From contig JAYELZ010000256.1 of the NCBI GenBank assembly GCA_034717835.1, positions 1,639-65,638 of the forward strand: 64,000 nucleotides of DNA. Direction: 5' to 3'. The notes beneath the pieces are model-generated. The model worked only from the letters and a program-made list of their open reading frames with translations. It did not search any database and was not told where the DNA came from. The position numbers were made by a program, and so were the translations under genes. The first letter of the stretch is position 1. Every line of letters starts with the position of its first letter. Below are positions 10,117 through 20,916 of this stretch, in pieces. This DNA comes from Chloroflexota bacterium (GTDB lineage Bacteria; Chloroflexota; Anaerolineae; B4-G1; SLSP01).

Positions 10117-10767
10117 ATGAAAGGTATTTTAGGAAAGAAAGTAGGGATGACCCAGGTGATTACGGAGGTTGGTGATGTAGTGCCGGTCACAGTGGTGGAA
10201 GCTGGCCCCTGCTACGTGTCTCAGGTGCGGACTATAGAACGGGATGGCTATCGTGCGGTGCAGTTGGGCTACGAAGAGGCGAAACCGAAGCATCTAACCA
10301 AGGGACAAAAAGGGCACTTGGCGAAGAACGATATTCCGGCGTTGCGTTATTTGCGTGAGATTCGCATGAGTGAAGGCGAGGAGTACGAAGTCGGGCAAGT
10401 CATCAAGGTTGATATCTTCCAGCCCGGTGAGCGAGTGGATATTGTGGGTATTTCCAAGGGCCGAGGTTTTGCCGGTGTGGTGAAGCGTTATGGCTTTGCT
10501 GGCGGGCCGAAAACCCACGGTCAATCCGATCGTCTGCGTGCGCCAGGTTCTATTGGAGCTTGTGCTTCGCCTGGTCGTGTATGGAAGGGCATGCGTATGC
10601 CTGGACATATGGGGGCCAAACGCGTAACATCCCAGAATATTGAAGTAATTGTAGTTGATCCTGAACGCAATCTGCTGGCTGTCAAGGGGAGTGTCCCTGG
10701 GGCGAATGGTGGATTGGTGCAGGTGAAACTCACTCGCAAGCAGCGGGTTCTGAAGGGAGGTAAGTAA
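10117..10767 (+). CDS. rplC: 50S ribosomal protein L3
   Basis: Begins [14 protein letters not shown]. The ATG at 10117 has a GGAGG RBS. The ORF track's TTG at 10108 would add three residues not seen in L3. Confidence 0.93.
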   Translation: MKGILGKKVGMTQVITEVGDVVPVTVVEAGPCYVSQVRTIERDGYRAVQLGYEEAKPKHLTKGQKGHLAKNDIPALRYLREIRMSEGEEYEVGQVIKVDIFQPGERVDIVGISKGRGFAGVVKRYGFAGGPKTHGQSDRLRAPGSIGACASPGRVWKGMRMPGHMGAKRVTSQNIEVIVVDPERNLLAVKGSVPGANGGLVQVKLTRKQRVLKGGK

Positions 10768-10769
10768 AG

Positions 10770-11432
10770 ATGCGCGTTCCTGTGTTGAACATGCAGGGTG
10801 AGACGGTCGAAGAGATCGAGCTGCATTCTGGAATTTTTGAAGCTCCGGTGAATGTTCCCTTGATGCATCAGGCTCTTGTGCGGCAGCTGGCGAATGCTCG
10901 TCAGGGCACGCATAGTACCAAGACGCGAGGGGAGAACAATCGCACCAAGGCGAAGTGGTTTCGGCAAAAGGGCACTGGTCGCGCGCGACACGGTAGCCGG
11001 AATGCCCCCATTTTTGTGGGTGGGGGTGTTGCTCATGGGCCTAAACCGCACGGTTACAAGAAACGGATGCCGCGTAAAATGCAACGAGCCGCTTTGCGTT
11101 CTTTGTTGACGGTTTTGCTATCAGAAGAACGGTTGGTGGTGGTAGATGATGTGCAGCTACCGGCACCTAAAACGAAAGAGGCCGTTAAGGTATTACGGAA
11201 TTTAGCGGTTGAGGGGAAGGTTTTGATTTTATTGGCGGAAGGCAACGCTCTGGTAGAGCGGGCAGTGCGTAATTTGCCTAAGGTAGATACTTTGCGTGCT
11301 GGCTATCTGAATGTGCGAGATGGCTTGAGTGCAGATCATCTGATCATGCCGCTATCTGCGCTTGCCGTCTTAGAATCCCTTTTGGGGAAACCCTCCTGGC
11401 AGAAGTCCGCGACTGATTCGGTGGAGGAGTGA
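10770..11432 (+). CDS. rplD: 50S ribosomal protein L4
   Basis: 220 aa with L4 homology, in conserved order after rplC. Confidence 0.93.
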   Translation: MRVPVLNMQGETVEEIELHSGIFEAPVNVPLMHQALVRQLANARQGTHSTKTRGENNRTKAKWFRQKGTGRARHGSRNAPIFVGGGVAHGPKPHGYKKRMPRKMQRAALRSLLTVLLSEERLVVVDDVQLPAPKTKEAVKVLRNLAVEGKVLILLAEGNALVERAVRNLPKVDTLRAGYLNVRDGLSADHLIMPLSALAVLESLLGKPSWQKSATDSVEE

Positions 11433-11436
11433 TATT

Positions 11437-11724
11437 ATGAATATTTATGATGTGGTTATCGTCCCTATCTCTACTGAGAAATCAGAAGAGATAAAGTGGG
11501 ATGGCAAATACACCTTTGAGGTACATCCCAAGTCTAATAAGAGCGAGATTAAGAAAGCTGTTGAGGCTATTTATAAGGTGGAGGTTACTTCCGTAAATAC
11601 CATGATCATGCCTGCCAAGTTCTCTGGTTCGGCGGGACGCCGTCGAGGGGTACGGAGCAAGGTTTGGAAGAAGGCTATTGTCTCGCTGGCTCCTGGGCAG
11701 CGCATCGTGGCGTTGGAGGCATAA
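11437..11724 (+). CDS. rplW: 50S ribosomal protein L23
   Basis: 95 aa beginning [16 protein letters not shown]. Confidence 0.93.
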   Translation: MNIYDVVIVPISTEKSEEIKWDGKYTFEVHPKSNKSEIKKAVEAIYKVEVTSVNTMIMPAKFSGSAGRRRGVRSKVWKKAIVSLAPGQRIVALEA

Positions 11725-11726
11725 TT

Positions 11727-12569
11727 ATGGGAATTAAAAAATATAAACCTACATCTCCTGGCCGCCGTGGAATGACGGGCTATACGTTCGAGGAAATTAC
11801 GCGGAATGAACCGGAGAAAAGACTACTGCGCCCACTGCATAAAAAAGCGGGTCGTAATGCTTATGGACGGATTACAGTGCATCACCGTGGGGGTGGACAT
11901 CGCCGCAAGTATCGGCTGATTGATTTCCGCCGTAATAAATTTGGTATTCCGGCCCGTGTGGACAGTATTGAGTATGATCCTAACCGTTCAGCGCGGATTG
12001 CTTTGTTAATTTATGCTGATGGCGAGAAACGTTACATTATTGCTCCGCTGGGCTTGAAGGTGGGCGATAGCGTTATCAGTGATAACGGGCCAGTGGAATT
12101 GAATGTTGGTAATGCCACTCCGTTAGCCAATATCACAGTTGGCACCACGGTGCATAACGTGGAACTTTACCCAGGGCGTGGTGGACAGTTGGCGCGTGCG
12201 GCTGGTGTAGTGGCTCGCGTGGTGGGGCGAGAGGATGACTATGTGGTCTTGCGCCTGCCCAGCACTGAGTTGCGGCGAGTACGCAAGGAATGTTTGGCCA
12301 CCATTGGACAGGTAGGTAACGTTGAACATGCTAATATCAAGTTAGGGAAAGCCGGTCGAAAACGCTGGCGTGGTTGGCGCCCGACGGTTCGTGGTTCGGC
12401 GCGCTCGCCGCGTGACCATCCCCATGGTGGTGGTGAAGGTCGCTCCCCGATTGGGATGCCTGGCCCAAAATCCCCGTGGGGTTGGTACACCTTAGGGCGT
12501 AAGACACGCCACAACCGTGCGACAGATAAGTACATTGTGCGCCGTCGTCGAAAAGGCCGCGAAAGGTAA
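11727..12569 (+). CDS. rplB: 50S ribosomal protein L2
   Basis: Begins [16 protein letters not shown]. The ATG at 11727 sits immediately after the rplW stop. The longer ORF from 11664 is upstream read-through in the same frame. Confidence 0.95.
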   Translation: MGIKKYKPTSPGRRGMTGYTFEEITRNEPEKRLLRPLHKKAGRNAYGRITVHHRGGGHRRKYRLIDFRRNKFGIPARVDSIEYDPNRSARIALLIYADGEKRYIIAPLGLKVGDSVISDNGPVELNVGNATPLANITVGTTVHNVELYPGRGGQLARAAGVVARVVGREDDYVVLRLPSTELRRVRKECLATIGQVGNVEHANIKLGKAGRKRWRGWRPTVRGSARSPRDHPHGGGEGRSPIGMPGPKSPWGWYTLGRKTRHNRATDKYIVRRRRKGRER

Positions 12570-12584
12570 ACGGGAGGTAAGTAG

Positions 12585-12881
12585 ATGTCGCGTTCTCTGA
12601 AAAAAGGGCCCTATATTAGCCCCAAATTGTTGAAAAAAGTTGAAGAAATGAATCGTGTTGGGCAAAAACGAGTTATCCGTACTTGGTCGCGGGCCTCTGT
12701 TGTATTCCCGCAAATGGTCGGGCATACGCTTGCCGTACACGATGGCCGTCGTCATGTTCCTATTTATATTACGGAGAATATGGTCGGCCACCGACTAGGT
12801 GAATTTGCGCCTACACGAATCTTCCGCGGCCATAGCAGACGTGGTTCTAGTGCTGACGAAGATCGTAAGTCTAGGGTATAG
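12585..12881 (+). CDS. rpsS: 30S ribosomal protein S19
   Basis: Begins [19 protein letters not shown]. Confidence 0.95.
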   Translation: MSRSLKKGPYISPKLLKKVEEMNRVGQKRVIRTWSRASVVFPQMVGHTLAVHDGRRHVPIYITENMVGHRLGEFAPTRIFRGHSRRGSSADEDRKSRV

Positions 12882-12901
12882 TAAGAGTGGAGTAGGAAAT
12901 T

Positions 12902-13258
12902 ATGGCAGAGAGAGTTAGAGCGCAAGCTAAACATATTCATATGTCGCCTCGTAAGGTGCGGCGGATTTTATCTCCGTTTCGGGGGATGAATGCGCGGAAA
13001 GCACTTTATTTGCTGAATGAGATGCCCCACGCGGCAACAGTTCCCGTTGCGAAGTTAGTGCGTTCTGCTATCGCTAATGCAGAGGTGAAGGGGTTGGATC
13101 TTGATAGTTTGTATATCGTGCAGTTGATGGCGGACGAAGGTGCCGGCGTCATGCCGGGTAAAGGCTGGCGGGCACGTTGGGGTGGGCGTGGACGGTATAA
13201 GCCCATTCGTAAGCGATCTTCTCATATTACCGTTGTCCTTGAAGAGCGATTTGAGTAG
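12902..13258 (+). CDS. rplV: 50S ribosomal protein L22
   Basis: 118 aa with L22 homology, in conserved order. Confidence 0.92.
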   Translation: MAERVRAQAKHIHMSPRKVRRILSPFRGMNARKALYLLNEMPHAATVPVAKLVRSAIANAEVKGLDLDSLYIVQLMADEGAGVMPGKGWRARWGGRGRYKPIRKRSSHITVVLEERFE

Positions 13259-13278
13259 GTTAGGTAAGGAGGCGAGTC

Positions 13279-13956
13279 TTGGGTCGTAAAGTTCATCCCT
13301 ATGGTTTTCGTCTAGGCATTATCCGGGATTGGAAGTCGCGGTGGTATGCTGAAGGGCGGGACTATGTTAAGTTTCTAGAAGAAGATCGCAAAATCCGTGA
13401 GCTGGTTTATGTTGATATGCGGTCTCATACCAGGGACGGTCAGTCGGCAGTCTCGCGTGTCGAGATTGAGCGGTTTCCACCTAACCAGGTATCGGTGATT
13501 ATTTGGACCTCGCGGCCCGGCGTTGCTATCGGGCGCAAAGGTGCGAATGTTAAAGCGCTCCGGAGCAAGCTGGAAAAACTAACTGCTGGTAAACGGGTCC
13601 ACGTTGATGTCCATGAGGTTGAGAATCCCGATCTGGACGCGAAGCTGGTAGCTGAGAGTATCGTGGCACAATTGGAAAAGCGAATTTACCATAACCGGGC
13701 GATGAAACGCGCGGTGCGTCAAGCGATGCGTTCTGGAGCTGAAGGCATTAAAATCATGTGTAAGGGCCGCCTTTCAGGTTCTGAGATGACGCGCCGTGAG
13801 TGGATGCATGAAGGGCGTGTGCCGTTGCAGACACTACGTGCTGATATTGACTATGCTTTGGAAGAAGCGCGGACAATGTCTGGCTATATTGGCGTGAAAG
13901 TCTGGATTTATAAAGGCGAAATCTTGGCTCCAGAGGCCGCCACTAAAGCCAGCTGA
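13279..13956 (+). CDS. rpsC: 30S ribosomal protein S3
   Basis: Begins [14 protein letters not shown] with a KH domain. TTG start. Confidence 0.93.
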   Translation: MGRKVHPYGFRLGIIRDWKSRWYAEGRDYVKFLEEDRKIRELVYVDMRSHTRDGQSAVSRVEIERFPPNQVSVIIWTSRPGVAIGRKGANVKALRSKLEKLTAGKRVHVDVHEVENPDLDAKLVAESIVAQLEKRIYHNRAMKRAVRQAMRSGAEGIKIMCKGRLSGSEMTRREWMHEGRVPLQTLRADIDYALEEARTMSGYIGVKVWIYKGEILAPEAATKAS

Positions 13957-13990
13957 TGGTAGCTGTGCATGATGGTTAGGAGGTAGGATT

Positions 13991-14422
13991 ATGTTAATGC
14001 CTAAAAGGGTAAAGTACCGTATGCAACATCGTGGGCGCATGAAGGGGAAAGCGTCCCGAGGTGTGGAAGTTGATTTTGGTGATTATGGTTTGCAGGCGCT
14101 GGAACCTGCCTGGATAACGGCGCGGCAGATTGAATCTGCGCGTCGGGCTATCGTTCGCCATATGCGTCGACGTGGGAAGTATTGGATTCGTATCTTCCCT
14201 GATAAGTCGGTTTCTGCAAAACCGGCTGAGTCACGCATGGGAAAAGGCAAAGGTATGGTGGACCATTGGGTGGCCGTGGTGCGCCCTGGACGAGTCATGT
14301 TTGAGGTCAGTGGCGTGGAAAAGGATATGGCTTTAGCGGCACTGCGCTTGGCCGCGCATAAAATGCCCATTAAAACCCAGGTAATTACACGGTTGGAGTT
14401 GGGCGAATCAACGGGAGAATAG
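13991..14422 (+). CDS. rplP: 50S ribosomal protein L16
   Basis: Begins [19 protein letters not shown]. Confidence 0.94.
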   Translation: MLMPKRVKYRMQHRGRMKGKASRGVEVDFGDYGLQALEPAWITARQIESARRAIVRHMRRRGKYWIRIFPDKSVSAKPAESRMGKGKGMVDHWVAVVRPGRVMFEVSGVEKDMALAALRLAAHKMPIKTQVITRLELGESTGE

Positions 14423-14671
14423 GTGATGCAACAGGCTAAAGAGTTACGTGAATTAACAAATGCGGAATTGCAGCTTCGCCTTCAGGAGACCCGCCGTGAA
14501 CTGTTCAACCTGCGTCAACAGTGGTATGATGGCAGTTTGATGGATGTGAATGTGATTCGAGGGGTGCGTAAGGACATTGCTCGAATTCTAACTATTATTC
14601 GCGAGCGTGAGCTGGCCGCAGAGATGATAGAAGCATCCACACTCCAGAGTGAAATAGGGGGCGCGGTATGA
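14423..14671 (+). CDS. rpmC: 50S ribosomal protein L29
   Basis: About 80 aa with an [14 protein letters not shown] coiled-coil. The start abuts the rplP stop (GTG 14423 or ATG 14426). Confidence 0.9.
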   Translation: MMQQAKELRELTNAELQLRLQETRRELFNLRQQWYDGSLMDVNVIRGVRKDIARILTIIRERELAAEMIEASTLQSEIGGAV

Positions 14672-14919
14672 AAGAGCGACGTAAGCGGTTGGTGGGAGTA
14701 GTTGCTAGCAATAAGATGGATAAAACGGTGGTTGTGCGTGTAGAGCGGCATTATCGTCATAAGCTATACCAAAAAGTGGTTAGCTCAGCCAAGAAATATA
14801 TGGCGCATGATGAAGAGAACGCTTGTCACATTGGGGATGAGGTGCGTATCGTAGAATCGCGCCCTCGGAGTCGTCGCAAACGTTGGGATGTCGAAGAGAT
14901 CCTAAGGCACGTTGCGTGA
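14668..14919 (+). CDS. rpsQ: 30S ribosomal protein S17
   Basis: Begins [26 protein letters not shown]. Shares a 4-nt overlap with rpmC. Confidence 0.93.
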   Translation: MKERRKRLVGVVASNKMDKTVVVRVERHYRHKLYQKVVSSAKKYMAHDEENACHIGDEVRIVESRPRSRRKRWDVEEILRHVA

Positions 14920-14929
14920 GGAGCTAATT

Positions 14930-15301
14930 ATGATTCAAAGCGAAACACGTCTCAAGGTAGCTGATAATACGGGCGCACAAGAGCTCCTCTGCATTCAAGT
15001 ATTGGGTGGCTCGCGGCGACGGTATGGTTCTGTCGGTGATATTATTGTGGCAGCTGTGAAAGCAGCTAGCCCCACTTCTTCGGTAAAAAAGGGGGAAGTA
15101 GTGCGAGCGGTTGTGGTGCGGGTAGCGCAAGGTTATCATCGGGCCGATGGTTCCCATATCCGTTTTGATGAGAATGCAGCCGTAATCCTGGATAAAAATG
15201 GGATTAATCCTAGAGGTACTCGTATTTTTGGGCCGGTCGCCCGCGAGTTGCGCGAGAAGGGATATGCCAAGATCGCCTCTCTGGCACCGGAAGTGTTGTG
15301 A
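14930..15301 (+). CDS. rplN: 50S ribosomal protein L14
   Basis: Begins [16 protein letters not shown]. The ATG at 14930 has a GAGGAG RBS. Confidence 0.94.
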   Translation: MIQSETRLKVADNTGAQELLCIQVLGGSRRRYGSVGDIIVAAVKAASPTSSVKKGEVVRAVVVRVAQGYHRADGSHIRFDENAAVILDKNGINPRGTRIFGPVARELREKGYAKIASLAPEVL

Positions 15302-15325
15302 ACAGGGACAAGGTGGTTTAATAAG

Positions 15326-15649
15326 ATGAATCGGATTAAAAAAGGTGATAAAGTCGAAGTAATTTCTGGGAACTATCGTGGAGTACGAGGGGAAGTTCTG
15401 CGTGTGTTGTCAAAAGAGAACCGCGTAGTAGTTTCCAACGTTGCGATTGTGACCAAGCATCATCGCCCAGTACGTGCCGGACGTTCTCAGATGCAGGCGG
15501 GGCGCATTAAGTTCGAGGCTCCGATTTATACTTCTAAAGTTATGCCTATCTGTCCGCATTGTGATGCCCCGGTGAGGGTTGGCTTTACTGTGTTGGGCGA
15601 TGGCCAGAAGGTCAGGGTTTGCCGCCAATGTGGCGGAGTCATTGACTAA
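15326..15649 (+). CDS. rplX: 50S ribosomal protein L24 (zinc-ribbon variant)
   Basis: KOW domain plus a C-terminal CPHC...CRQC Cys4, as in Thermus-type L24. Confidence 0.9.
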   Translation: MNRIKKGDKVEVISGNYRGVRGEVLRVLSKENRVVVSNVAIVTKHHRPVRAGRSQMQAGRIKFEAPIYTSKVMPICPHCDAPVRVGFTVLGDGQKVRVCRQCGGVID

Positions 15650-15662
15650 AGGAGTGTAAAAT

Positions 15663-16202
15663 ATGCCTGAGCTGAAGAAGAAGTACCGAGAAGAAATAGT
15701 GCCGGCGATGGTGGCCGAATTTGGCTATGATAGCGTGATGCAAGTGCCGCGCATTCGAAAAATGGTGCTCAATGTGGGCATGGGAGAAGCTCTGGATAAT
15801 CCCAAGTCAATTGATTATGCCGTGCGTGATTTAGCTACGATTACCGGGCAACAGCCAGTGGTGATTAGAGCGCGTAAATCGGTGGCAGCTTTCAAACTAC
15901 GCGCTGGACAACCAATAGGTGTTAAAGTGACCTTGCGCGGTCAGCGCATGTGGGACTTTCTAGACCGGCTAGTAAATATCGCGTTGCCGCGCACCAGAGA
16001 CTTCCGAGGAGTCCCCGACAAGTTTGATGGTCGAGGCAACTATACGTTGGGGTTGCGTGAGCAACTGCTCTTCCCGGAAATTGATTATGATAGTATTGAT
16101 AGAGTCCGGGGTTTTGAGATAAGTATTAATACGACAGCTGACACGGATGAGGAAGCTTATCGTCTATTGACGATGCTGGGTGTTCCTTTCCGCCAGCAAT
16201 AG
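15663..16202 (+). CDS. rplE: 50S ribosomal protein L5
   Basis: 179 aa with L5 homology. Confidence 0.93.
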   Translation: MPELKKKYREEIVPAMVAEFGYDSVMQVPRIRKMVLNVGMGEALDNPKSIDYAVRDLATITGQQPVVIRARKSVAAFKLRAGQPIGVKVTLRGQRMWDFLDRLVNIALPRTRDFRGVPDKFDGRGNYTLGLREQLLFPEIDYDSIDRVRGFEISINTTADTDEEAYRLLTMLGVPFRQQ

Positions 16203-16218
16203 GTTAGAGAGGTAAGAT

Positions 16219-16401
16219 ATGGCGAAAACATCAATGCCGATTCGAGAGACTCGGCGCAAGTATAAAGTGCGAGTGCGCAACCGCTGTAGCCGTTGTGGTC
16301 GTCCTCGTGGTTACTATCGTCGTTTTGGTCTCTGCAGAATTTGCTTGCGAGAAATGGCGTTAGAAGGTAAAATCCCTGGCTTAAAAAAGGCAAGTTGGTA
16401 G
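16219..16401 (+). CDS. rpsN: 30S ribosomal protein S14 type Z (zinc-binding)
   Basis: 60 aa with [20 protein letters not shown]. Confidence 0.92.
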   Translation: MAKTSMPIRETRRKYKVRVRNRCSRCGRPRGYYRRFGLCRICLREMALEGKIPGLKKASW

Positions 16402-16414
16402 AGAGGTTGGAATA

Positions 16415-16822
16415 ATGACAGATTCAATTGCCGATATGTTGACTCGAATTCGTAATGCCTTAATGGTGCGGCATAGCACAGTTGCGATGCCCTCATCCAA
16501 GATGAAGGTGGCAATCGCTAAAGTCTTGCACGATGAAGGATACATTGAGGATTATAAGATAGTTGATGAAGAGGAAAAACCACAGCCGACTTTGTACATC
16601 AAGTTGAAGTATGTGGGGAAGCGTAAAGAACAACGCTCAGTGATCACTGGTCTAAAACGAGTGAGCAAGCCTGGGCGGCGTATTTATGCCTCGGTTGAGG
16701 AGATTCCCTGGGTGCGGAGTGGTATGGGGATTGCAATTCTTACCACTCCTAAGGGAATTATTACAGGACAGCAGTCGCGGCGTCTGAACGTTGGCGGAGA
16801 AATCATCTGCCACGTTTGGTAG
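16415..16822 (+). CDS. rpsH: 30S ribosomal protein S8
   Basis: Begins MTDSIADMLTRIRNA. Confidence 0.94.
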   Translation: MTDSIADMLTRIRNALMVRHSTVAMPSSKMKVAIAKVLHDEGYIEDYKIVDEEEKPQPTLYIKLKYVGKRKEQRSVITGLKRVSKPGRRIYASVEEIPWVRSGMGIAILTTPKGIITGQQSRRLNVGGEIICHVW

Positions 16823-16947
16823 TTGTGTAGTTAGAAAGTCCGGTAGCTAAGCAATTGGTTACCTAGCCAGTAAAATAAGTCCTTTGGCCGCTAAGGCGTA
16901 GCCAGTAATTTCAATAGGTAAACGGCAGGTGTGCGGAAGAAGGCTTT

Positions 16948-16960
16948 GCTATAATTAAGT
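16948..16960 (+). promoter_or_regulatory. Extended -10 element (TGcTATAAT) inside an unusual 212-nt gap between rpsH and rplF
   Basis: ctttgcTATAATtaag lies ~75 nt upstream of rplF. Adjacent genes of this operon type normally abut. Confidence 0.3.
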
Positions 16961-17034
16961 TATTTGGTCTTCTGTCCTAACGTGTTGTTTGATCGGTTGA
17001 CCAAGCAGCTATAAGGCTAATTGGGAGGTGTAGA

Positions 17035-17580
17035 ATGTCTCGAATTGGGAAAATGCCGATTCCGGTTCCACCCGGAGTAGAGGTGAATATTGAGGGGACC
17101 AGTGTCAAAGTAAGTGGCCCCAAGGGGAAACTGGCACAAACATTCTCTCCGAAGATGAAAATTTTCTTGAAAGAGAATGTGGTGTATGTAGAACGCCCTG
17201 ATGATGAACGTGAATCAAAAGCCTTGCATGGCTTAACTCGTGCGTTGATCAACAACATGGTGGAGGGTGTCTCCAAGGGATACCATAAGGATCTGGAGAT
17301 CCATGGCACGGGTTACCGGGCCGAGAAGCGTGGCGAAACTTTGGTTATGACCCTGGGTTTTTCACACCTGGTAGAGATTGCCCCCCCCGAGGGGCTTTCT
17401 TTTGAGGTAAATCCGCGTGCTAATACCATCATCGTGCGGGGAGCAGATAAGCAACTGGTTGGGCAAACCGCGGCCGAAATTCGCCATTGGCGACCTGTGG
17501 AGCCTTATTTGGGTAAGGGTATTCGCTATGTAGGTGAGAAAGTACGTCGAAAGGCTGGTAAAGCTGGTAAGGCGATCTAG
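17035..17580 (+). CDS. rplF: 50S ribosomal protein L6
   Basis: Begins MSRIGKMPIPVPPGVEV. Confidence 0.94.
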   Translation: MSRIGKMPIPVPPGVEVNIEGTSVKVSGPKGKLAQTFSPKMKIFLKENVVYVERPDDERESKALHGLTRALINNMVEGVSKGYHKDLEIHGTGYRAEKRGETLVMTLGFSHLVEIAPPEGLSFEVNPRANTIIVRGADKQLVGQTAAEIRHWRPVEPYLGKGIRYVGEKVRRKAGKAGKAI

Positions 17581-17627
17581 TTTTAACAATGCGTGGTACC
17601 GAGGGTAATTAAAAGGATGGTTGGATA

Positions 17628-17993
17628 ATGAAATCAGAAGTTAATCGGAGTAAAGCCCGAGAGCGACGTCGTTTACACGTTCGCAAGAAAGTGTTTGGGA
17701 CATCTGAACGTCCACGTCTGAATGTCTTTCGTAGTCTAAATCACATTTATGCTCAGATTATTGATGATACTGTAGGTCACACATTAGCTGCTGCTTCTAC
17801 AGTCGATAAAGAGATTCAATTGACTGATGAGATGACTAAGATTGAGCGGGCGCAAGTCGTCGGTCGCTTGGTGGCCGAACGGGCATTGGCAAACGAGGTT
17901 AAGAAAGTTGTTTTTGACCGTGCTGGATATAAATTCCATGGCCGCGTGAAAGCGTTGGCCGAGGCTGCCCGCGAGGCTGGCCTGGATTTCTGA
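17628..17993 (+). CDS. rplR: 50S ribosomal protein L18
   Basis: 121 aa with L18 homology. Confidence 0.92.
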   Translation: MKSEVNRSKARERRRLHVRKKVFGTSERPRLNVFRSLNHIYAQIIDDTVGHTLAAASTVDKEIQLTDEMTKIERAQVVGRLVAERALANEVKKVVFDRAGYKFHGRVKALAEAAREAGLDF

Positions 17994-18027
17994 AGTGCCA
18001 CTAGGTAAAAAGGCGGCAGGAGGAAAG

Positions 18028-18555
18028 ATGAATCGACGAAACAGACATGAAGAGATATCGGAACTGGATGAGCGCGTAGTAGACATTACCCGCGTTTCTA
18101 AGGTCGTGAAGGGTGGGCGTAAATTTCACTTCCGCGTGGTAGCAGTCGTAGGGAATAATAATGGCGAAGTCGGTGTGGGAATTGGCAAAGCCCCTAAGGT
18201 TCCAGAAGCCATCGGCAAAGCCACCGAGCGTGCTCGGAAGGGAATGGTTCCGGTTATTCTAGAGGGAACTACGGTTCCTCATGCCGTAACCGGAGAATGC
18301 AGTCGTGCTCGGGTATTAGTCCGTCCGGCCACTCCTGGAACTGGAGTAATTGCGGGCGGCCCGGCGCGGGCAGTATTGGAAGCTGCCGGGGTACATGATG
18401 TGCTGACCAAATCACTAGGCAGTGCTAAGCAGATCAATGTTATTCAGGCGACCTGGGATGCCTTGAAGCGGATGCGGAGCGTTGAAGAAATAGCTAGTGA
18501 TCGTGGCGTACCGGAAGCTCGCGTGATGCCATTCTGGCGAAGGAGCGAGGCCTGA
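18028..18555 (+). CDS. rpsE: 30S ribosomal protein S5
   Basis: Contains the S5 domain ([16 protein letters not shown]). The ATG at 18028 has a GGAGGA RBS. The ORF track starts at 17995 with no RBS. Confidence 0.9.
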   Translation: MNRRNRHEEISELDERVVDITRVSKVVKGGRKFHFRVVAVVGNNNGEVGVGIGKAPKVPEAIGKATERARKGMVPVILEGTTVPHAVTGECSRARVLVRPATPGTGVIAGGPARAVLEAAGVHDVLTKSLGSAKQINVIQATWDALKRMRSVEEIASDRGVPEARVMPFWRRSEA

Positions 18556-18758
18556 TGACTAAACAGGGTCGGTTAAAGATTAAATTGGTACGTAGTCCGA
18601 TTGGTTATTCGGTGCGGCAAAAGCGTACTGTGCAAGCTTTGGGTCTACACAGGATAAATCAGATTGTGGAGCGACCTGATAATGATGCTGTTCGGGGTAT
18701 GATCTTCAAGGTCTCCCATTTGGTTCAAGTCGAGGAAATCGTCAATCCTGCTACATAG
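18555..18758 (+). CDS. rpmD: 50S ribosomal protein L30
   Basis: 67 aa beginning [17 protein letters not shown]. Its start overlaps the rpsE stop. Confidence 0.9.
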   Translation: MTKQGRLKIKLVRSPIGYSVRQKRTVQALGLHRINQIVERPDNDAVRGMIFKVSHLVQVEEIVNPAT

Positions 18759-18783
18759 TGGGGTTGTGGTTGGAGGATACATT

Positions 18784-19266
18784 ATGAAGTTACATGATTT
18801 GAAGCCTGCTCCTGGTTCAACTAAGCGCCGGAAGAGGGTGGGTCGTGGCATAGCAGCCGGACAGGGAAAGACTGCGGGACGTGGAACCAAAGGTCAAAAT
18901 GCACGTGCTGGTGGCGGCGTCCCTCCGTACTTTGAGGGTGGACAATTACCTTTAGTGCGCAAACTTCCGTTTGTCCGTGGGCAGGGTTTTTTCAATCCCT
19001 GGAAAGTTGAATTTCAGCCGGTGAATATATATGAGCTCGCGGCAGTGTTCATCGCCGGTGAGGTGGTCTCCTTGTCGGCATTGAAGGAACAGGGACTGCT
19101 TAAAAGTGAGCGGGAGCTGGTAGTTGTCTTGGGTGAGGGAGAAATCGATATTCCTCTGACAGTGCAGACACATCGTATTTCCAAGAGTGCGCGGGCTAAA
19201 ATTGAAGCCGCGGGTGGTTCAGTTGAGTTATTGCCCTGGAAGCGGGGCGGTCGCCGTACTCGCTAA
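18784..19266 (+). CDS. rplO: 50S ribosomal protein L15
   Basis: Begins MKLHDLKPAPGS. The ATG at 18784 has a GGAGGA RBS. Confidence 0.92.
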   Translation: MKLHDLKPAPGSTKRRKRVGRGIAAGQGKTAGRGTKGQNARAGGGVPPYFEGGQLPLVRKLPFVRGQGFFNPWKVEFQPVNIYELAAVFIAGEVVSLSALKEQGLLKSERELVVVLGEGEIDIPLTVQTHRISKSARAKIEAAGGSVELLPWKRGGRRTR

Positions 19267-19292
19267 CTTAGTTTAGTGGAGGAGGAATTGAA

Positions 19293-20597
19293 ATGATTGA
19301 AGCCCTGCGTAAAGCACTCCGGTTGCCGGATCTACGGCGACGTTTGCTTTATACTTTGCTAATTCTAATAATTTACCGCTTGACGTCCAATATCCCGGTG
19401 CCGGGAGTGGATCGTAAGGCTTTGCAGCAGCTCCTCTCTGGTGGCTCGGCCGCGGGGCAATTGATTAATCTGTTGGATATGCTCTCTGGTGGTGCAGTCG
19501 CGCATTTCTCGGTATTGGCAGCTGGAGTTTCACCTTATGTGACGGCTTCAATTGTCTTGCAGCTGTTATTGCCCATTTTCCCGAAATTCGAGCAGATGAT
19601 CAAGGAAGAAGGCGAGGAAGGTCAACGCAAGATGAACCAGTGGACCTTTTATCTGACGGTTCCTCTGGCATTTTTGTATTCTTTTGGTTTGGCACAATCA
19701 CTTACCGCTGCATCTAATGTGCTTCCCCACTTCGGTTTTGGAAGTGGACAAGTGCTTTCTACCATTACCGTTCTGTTAACCATGACGGCTGGGACTATGT
19801 TTGCTGTGTGGCTGGGTGAATTGATTACTGAACAGGGTATTGGAAATGGTCTCTCTCTGATTATCTTCGGAGGTATCGTCTCACGTGTACCTTCAAATTT
19901 AGCGCAGATTTGGGCTGCTGAGAATCGCTTCTTAGGGCTGGCGCTTTTCTTGATTATTACTCTTTTGACCATAGCGGTTATCGTTTATGTCCAGGAAGGG
20001 GAACGGCGTATCCGAGTGCAATATGGCAAGCGGGTGCGTGGAATGAAGATGTATGGTGGGGGAAGCACTTATATCCCCTTAAAGGTCAATACAGCTGGGA
20101 TGATCCCGTTGATTTTTGCCCAATCTATTCTCTCTTTTCCTGCTGTGATTGCACAATTCTTCTTGGGAAACACTAGTCCGGCGGTGCGAGATTTCGCAAC
20201 CGGGGTGATGGGGTTCTTTAGCGGCTCCAATCCCTGGTATACACCGATTTACTTTGCGGCTGTAGTCGGGTTTACCTATTTCTACACTGATGTAATGGTG
20301 CAACAACAGAACTTGCCCGAATCGCTACAGAGACAGGGCGGGTTTATTCCTGGAGTGCGCCCTGGTCGTAAAACTAAAGAGTTTATCAATGGTGTCTACC
20401 GGCGGATTACATTAGTGGGAGCGCTTTTTTTGGGTGGCGTTGCAGTCTTACCGCTCATTATCAGATCTTTTACGAGTGTCAATGTGATGGTGATTGGTAG
20501 CTCTGGTCTCTTGATTGTTGTAGGTGTGGTTGTGGATACGATGCGCCAGCTGGAAGCTCAATTGCTGATGCGTCACTATGATGGGTTCTTGCGGTAA
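19293..20597 (+). CDS. secY: Preprotein translocase subunit SecY
   Basis: 434 aa, 10-TM topology, SecY motifs, in conserved position after rplO. Confidence 0.95.
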   Translation: MIEALRKALRLPDLRRRLLYTLLILIIYRLTSNIPVPGVDRKALQQLLSGGSAAGQLINLLDMLSGGAVAHFSVLAAGVSPYVTASIVLQLLLPIFPKFEQMIKEEGEEGQRKMNQWTFYLTVPLAFLYSFGLAQSLTAASNVLPHFGFGSGQVLSTITVLLTMTAGTMFAVWLGELITEQGIGNGLSLIIFGGIVSRVPSNLAQIWAAENRFLGLALFLIITLLTIAVIVYVQEGERRIRVQYGKRVRGMKMYGGGSTYIPLKVNTAGMIPLIFAQSILSFPAVIAQFFLGNTSPAVRDFATGVMGFFSGSNPWYTPIYFAAVVGFTYFYTDVMVQQQNLPESLQRQGGFIPGVRPGRKTKEFINGVYRRITLVGALFLGGVAVLPLIIRSFTSVNVMVIGSSGLLIVVGVVVDTMRQLEAQLLMRHYDGFLR

Positions 20598-20614
20598 ATA
20601 AGGTTTTATCAAGC

Positions 20615-20642
20615 TTGTCAAACTGCTAAAATCGGGTATCAT
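20615..20642 (+). promoter_or_regulatory. Candidate promoter for the rpmJ-rpsM-rpsK-rpsD-rpoA-rplQ unit: TTGTCA, 16 nt, TATCAT
   Basis: TTGTCA at 20615-20620 and TATCAT at 20637-20642, in the 160-nt secY-rpmJ gap. Confidence 0.35.
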
Positions 20643-20757
20643 CAGGTCTTGGCTTGTAGATAATTATTTAATTTGGTTGGATGATTGTAGGAATGCTCAA
20701 TTAGTTGGTAGAAATGAAACCTTGTAGCTAGTGGTGCAAGGCCGGGAGGTTGGAATC

Positions 20758-20871
20758 ATGAAAGTATCACCATCTGTGAAACGACGTTGCCCTAAGTGCA
20801 AGATTATCAAGCGGCGGGGTGTAGTACGGGTGATTTGTGAAAACCCCAAGCATAAACAACGGCAAGGTTAG
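20758..20871 (+). CDS. rpmJ: 50S ribosomal protein L36 (zinc-binding). Too short for the supplied ORF track (below its 60-aa cutoff)
   Basis: Manual translation of ATG 20758 through TAG 20869-20871 gives [37 protein letters not shown] (C-x2-C...C-x4-H). GGAGG RBS upstream. Confidence 0.9.
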   Translation: MKVSPSVKRRCPKCKIIKRRGVVRVICENPKHKQRQG

Positions 20872-20916
20872 TTGAATTTATTTGGATTTAGAGTTTAAGA
20901 AGGTGGAGGAAGCGTT

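Noticed and set aside
16834-16848. GAAAGTCCGG, a 10-nt match to the RNase P RNA P4 signature, in the rpsH-rplF gap
   Set aside because: The gap is only 212 nt, far too short for RNase P RNA (~350-400 nt). The flanking P4 context (GGGCUCC) is absent, so this is a coincidental decamer.
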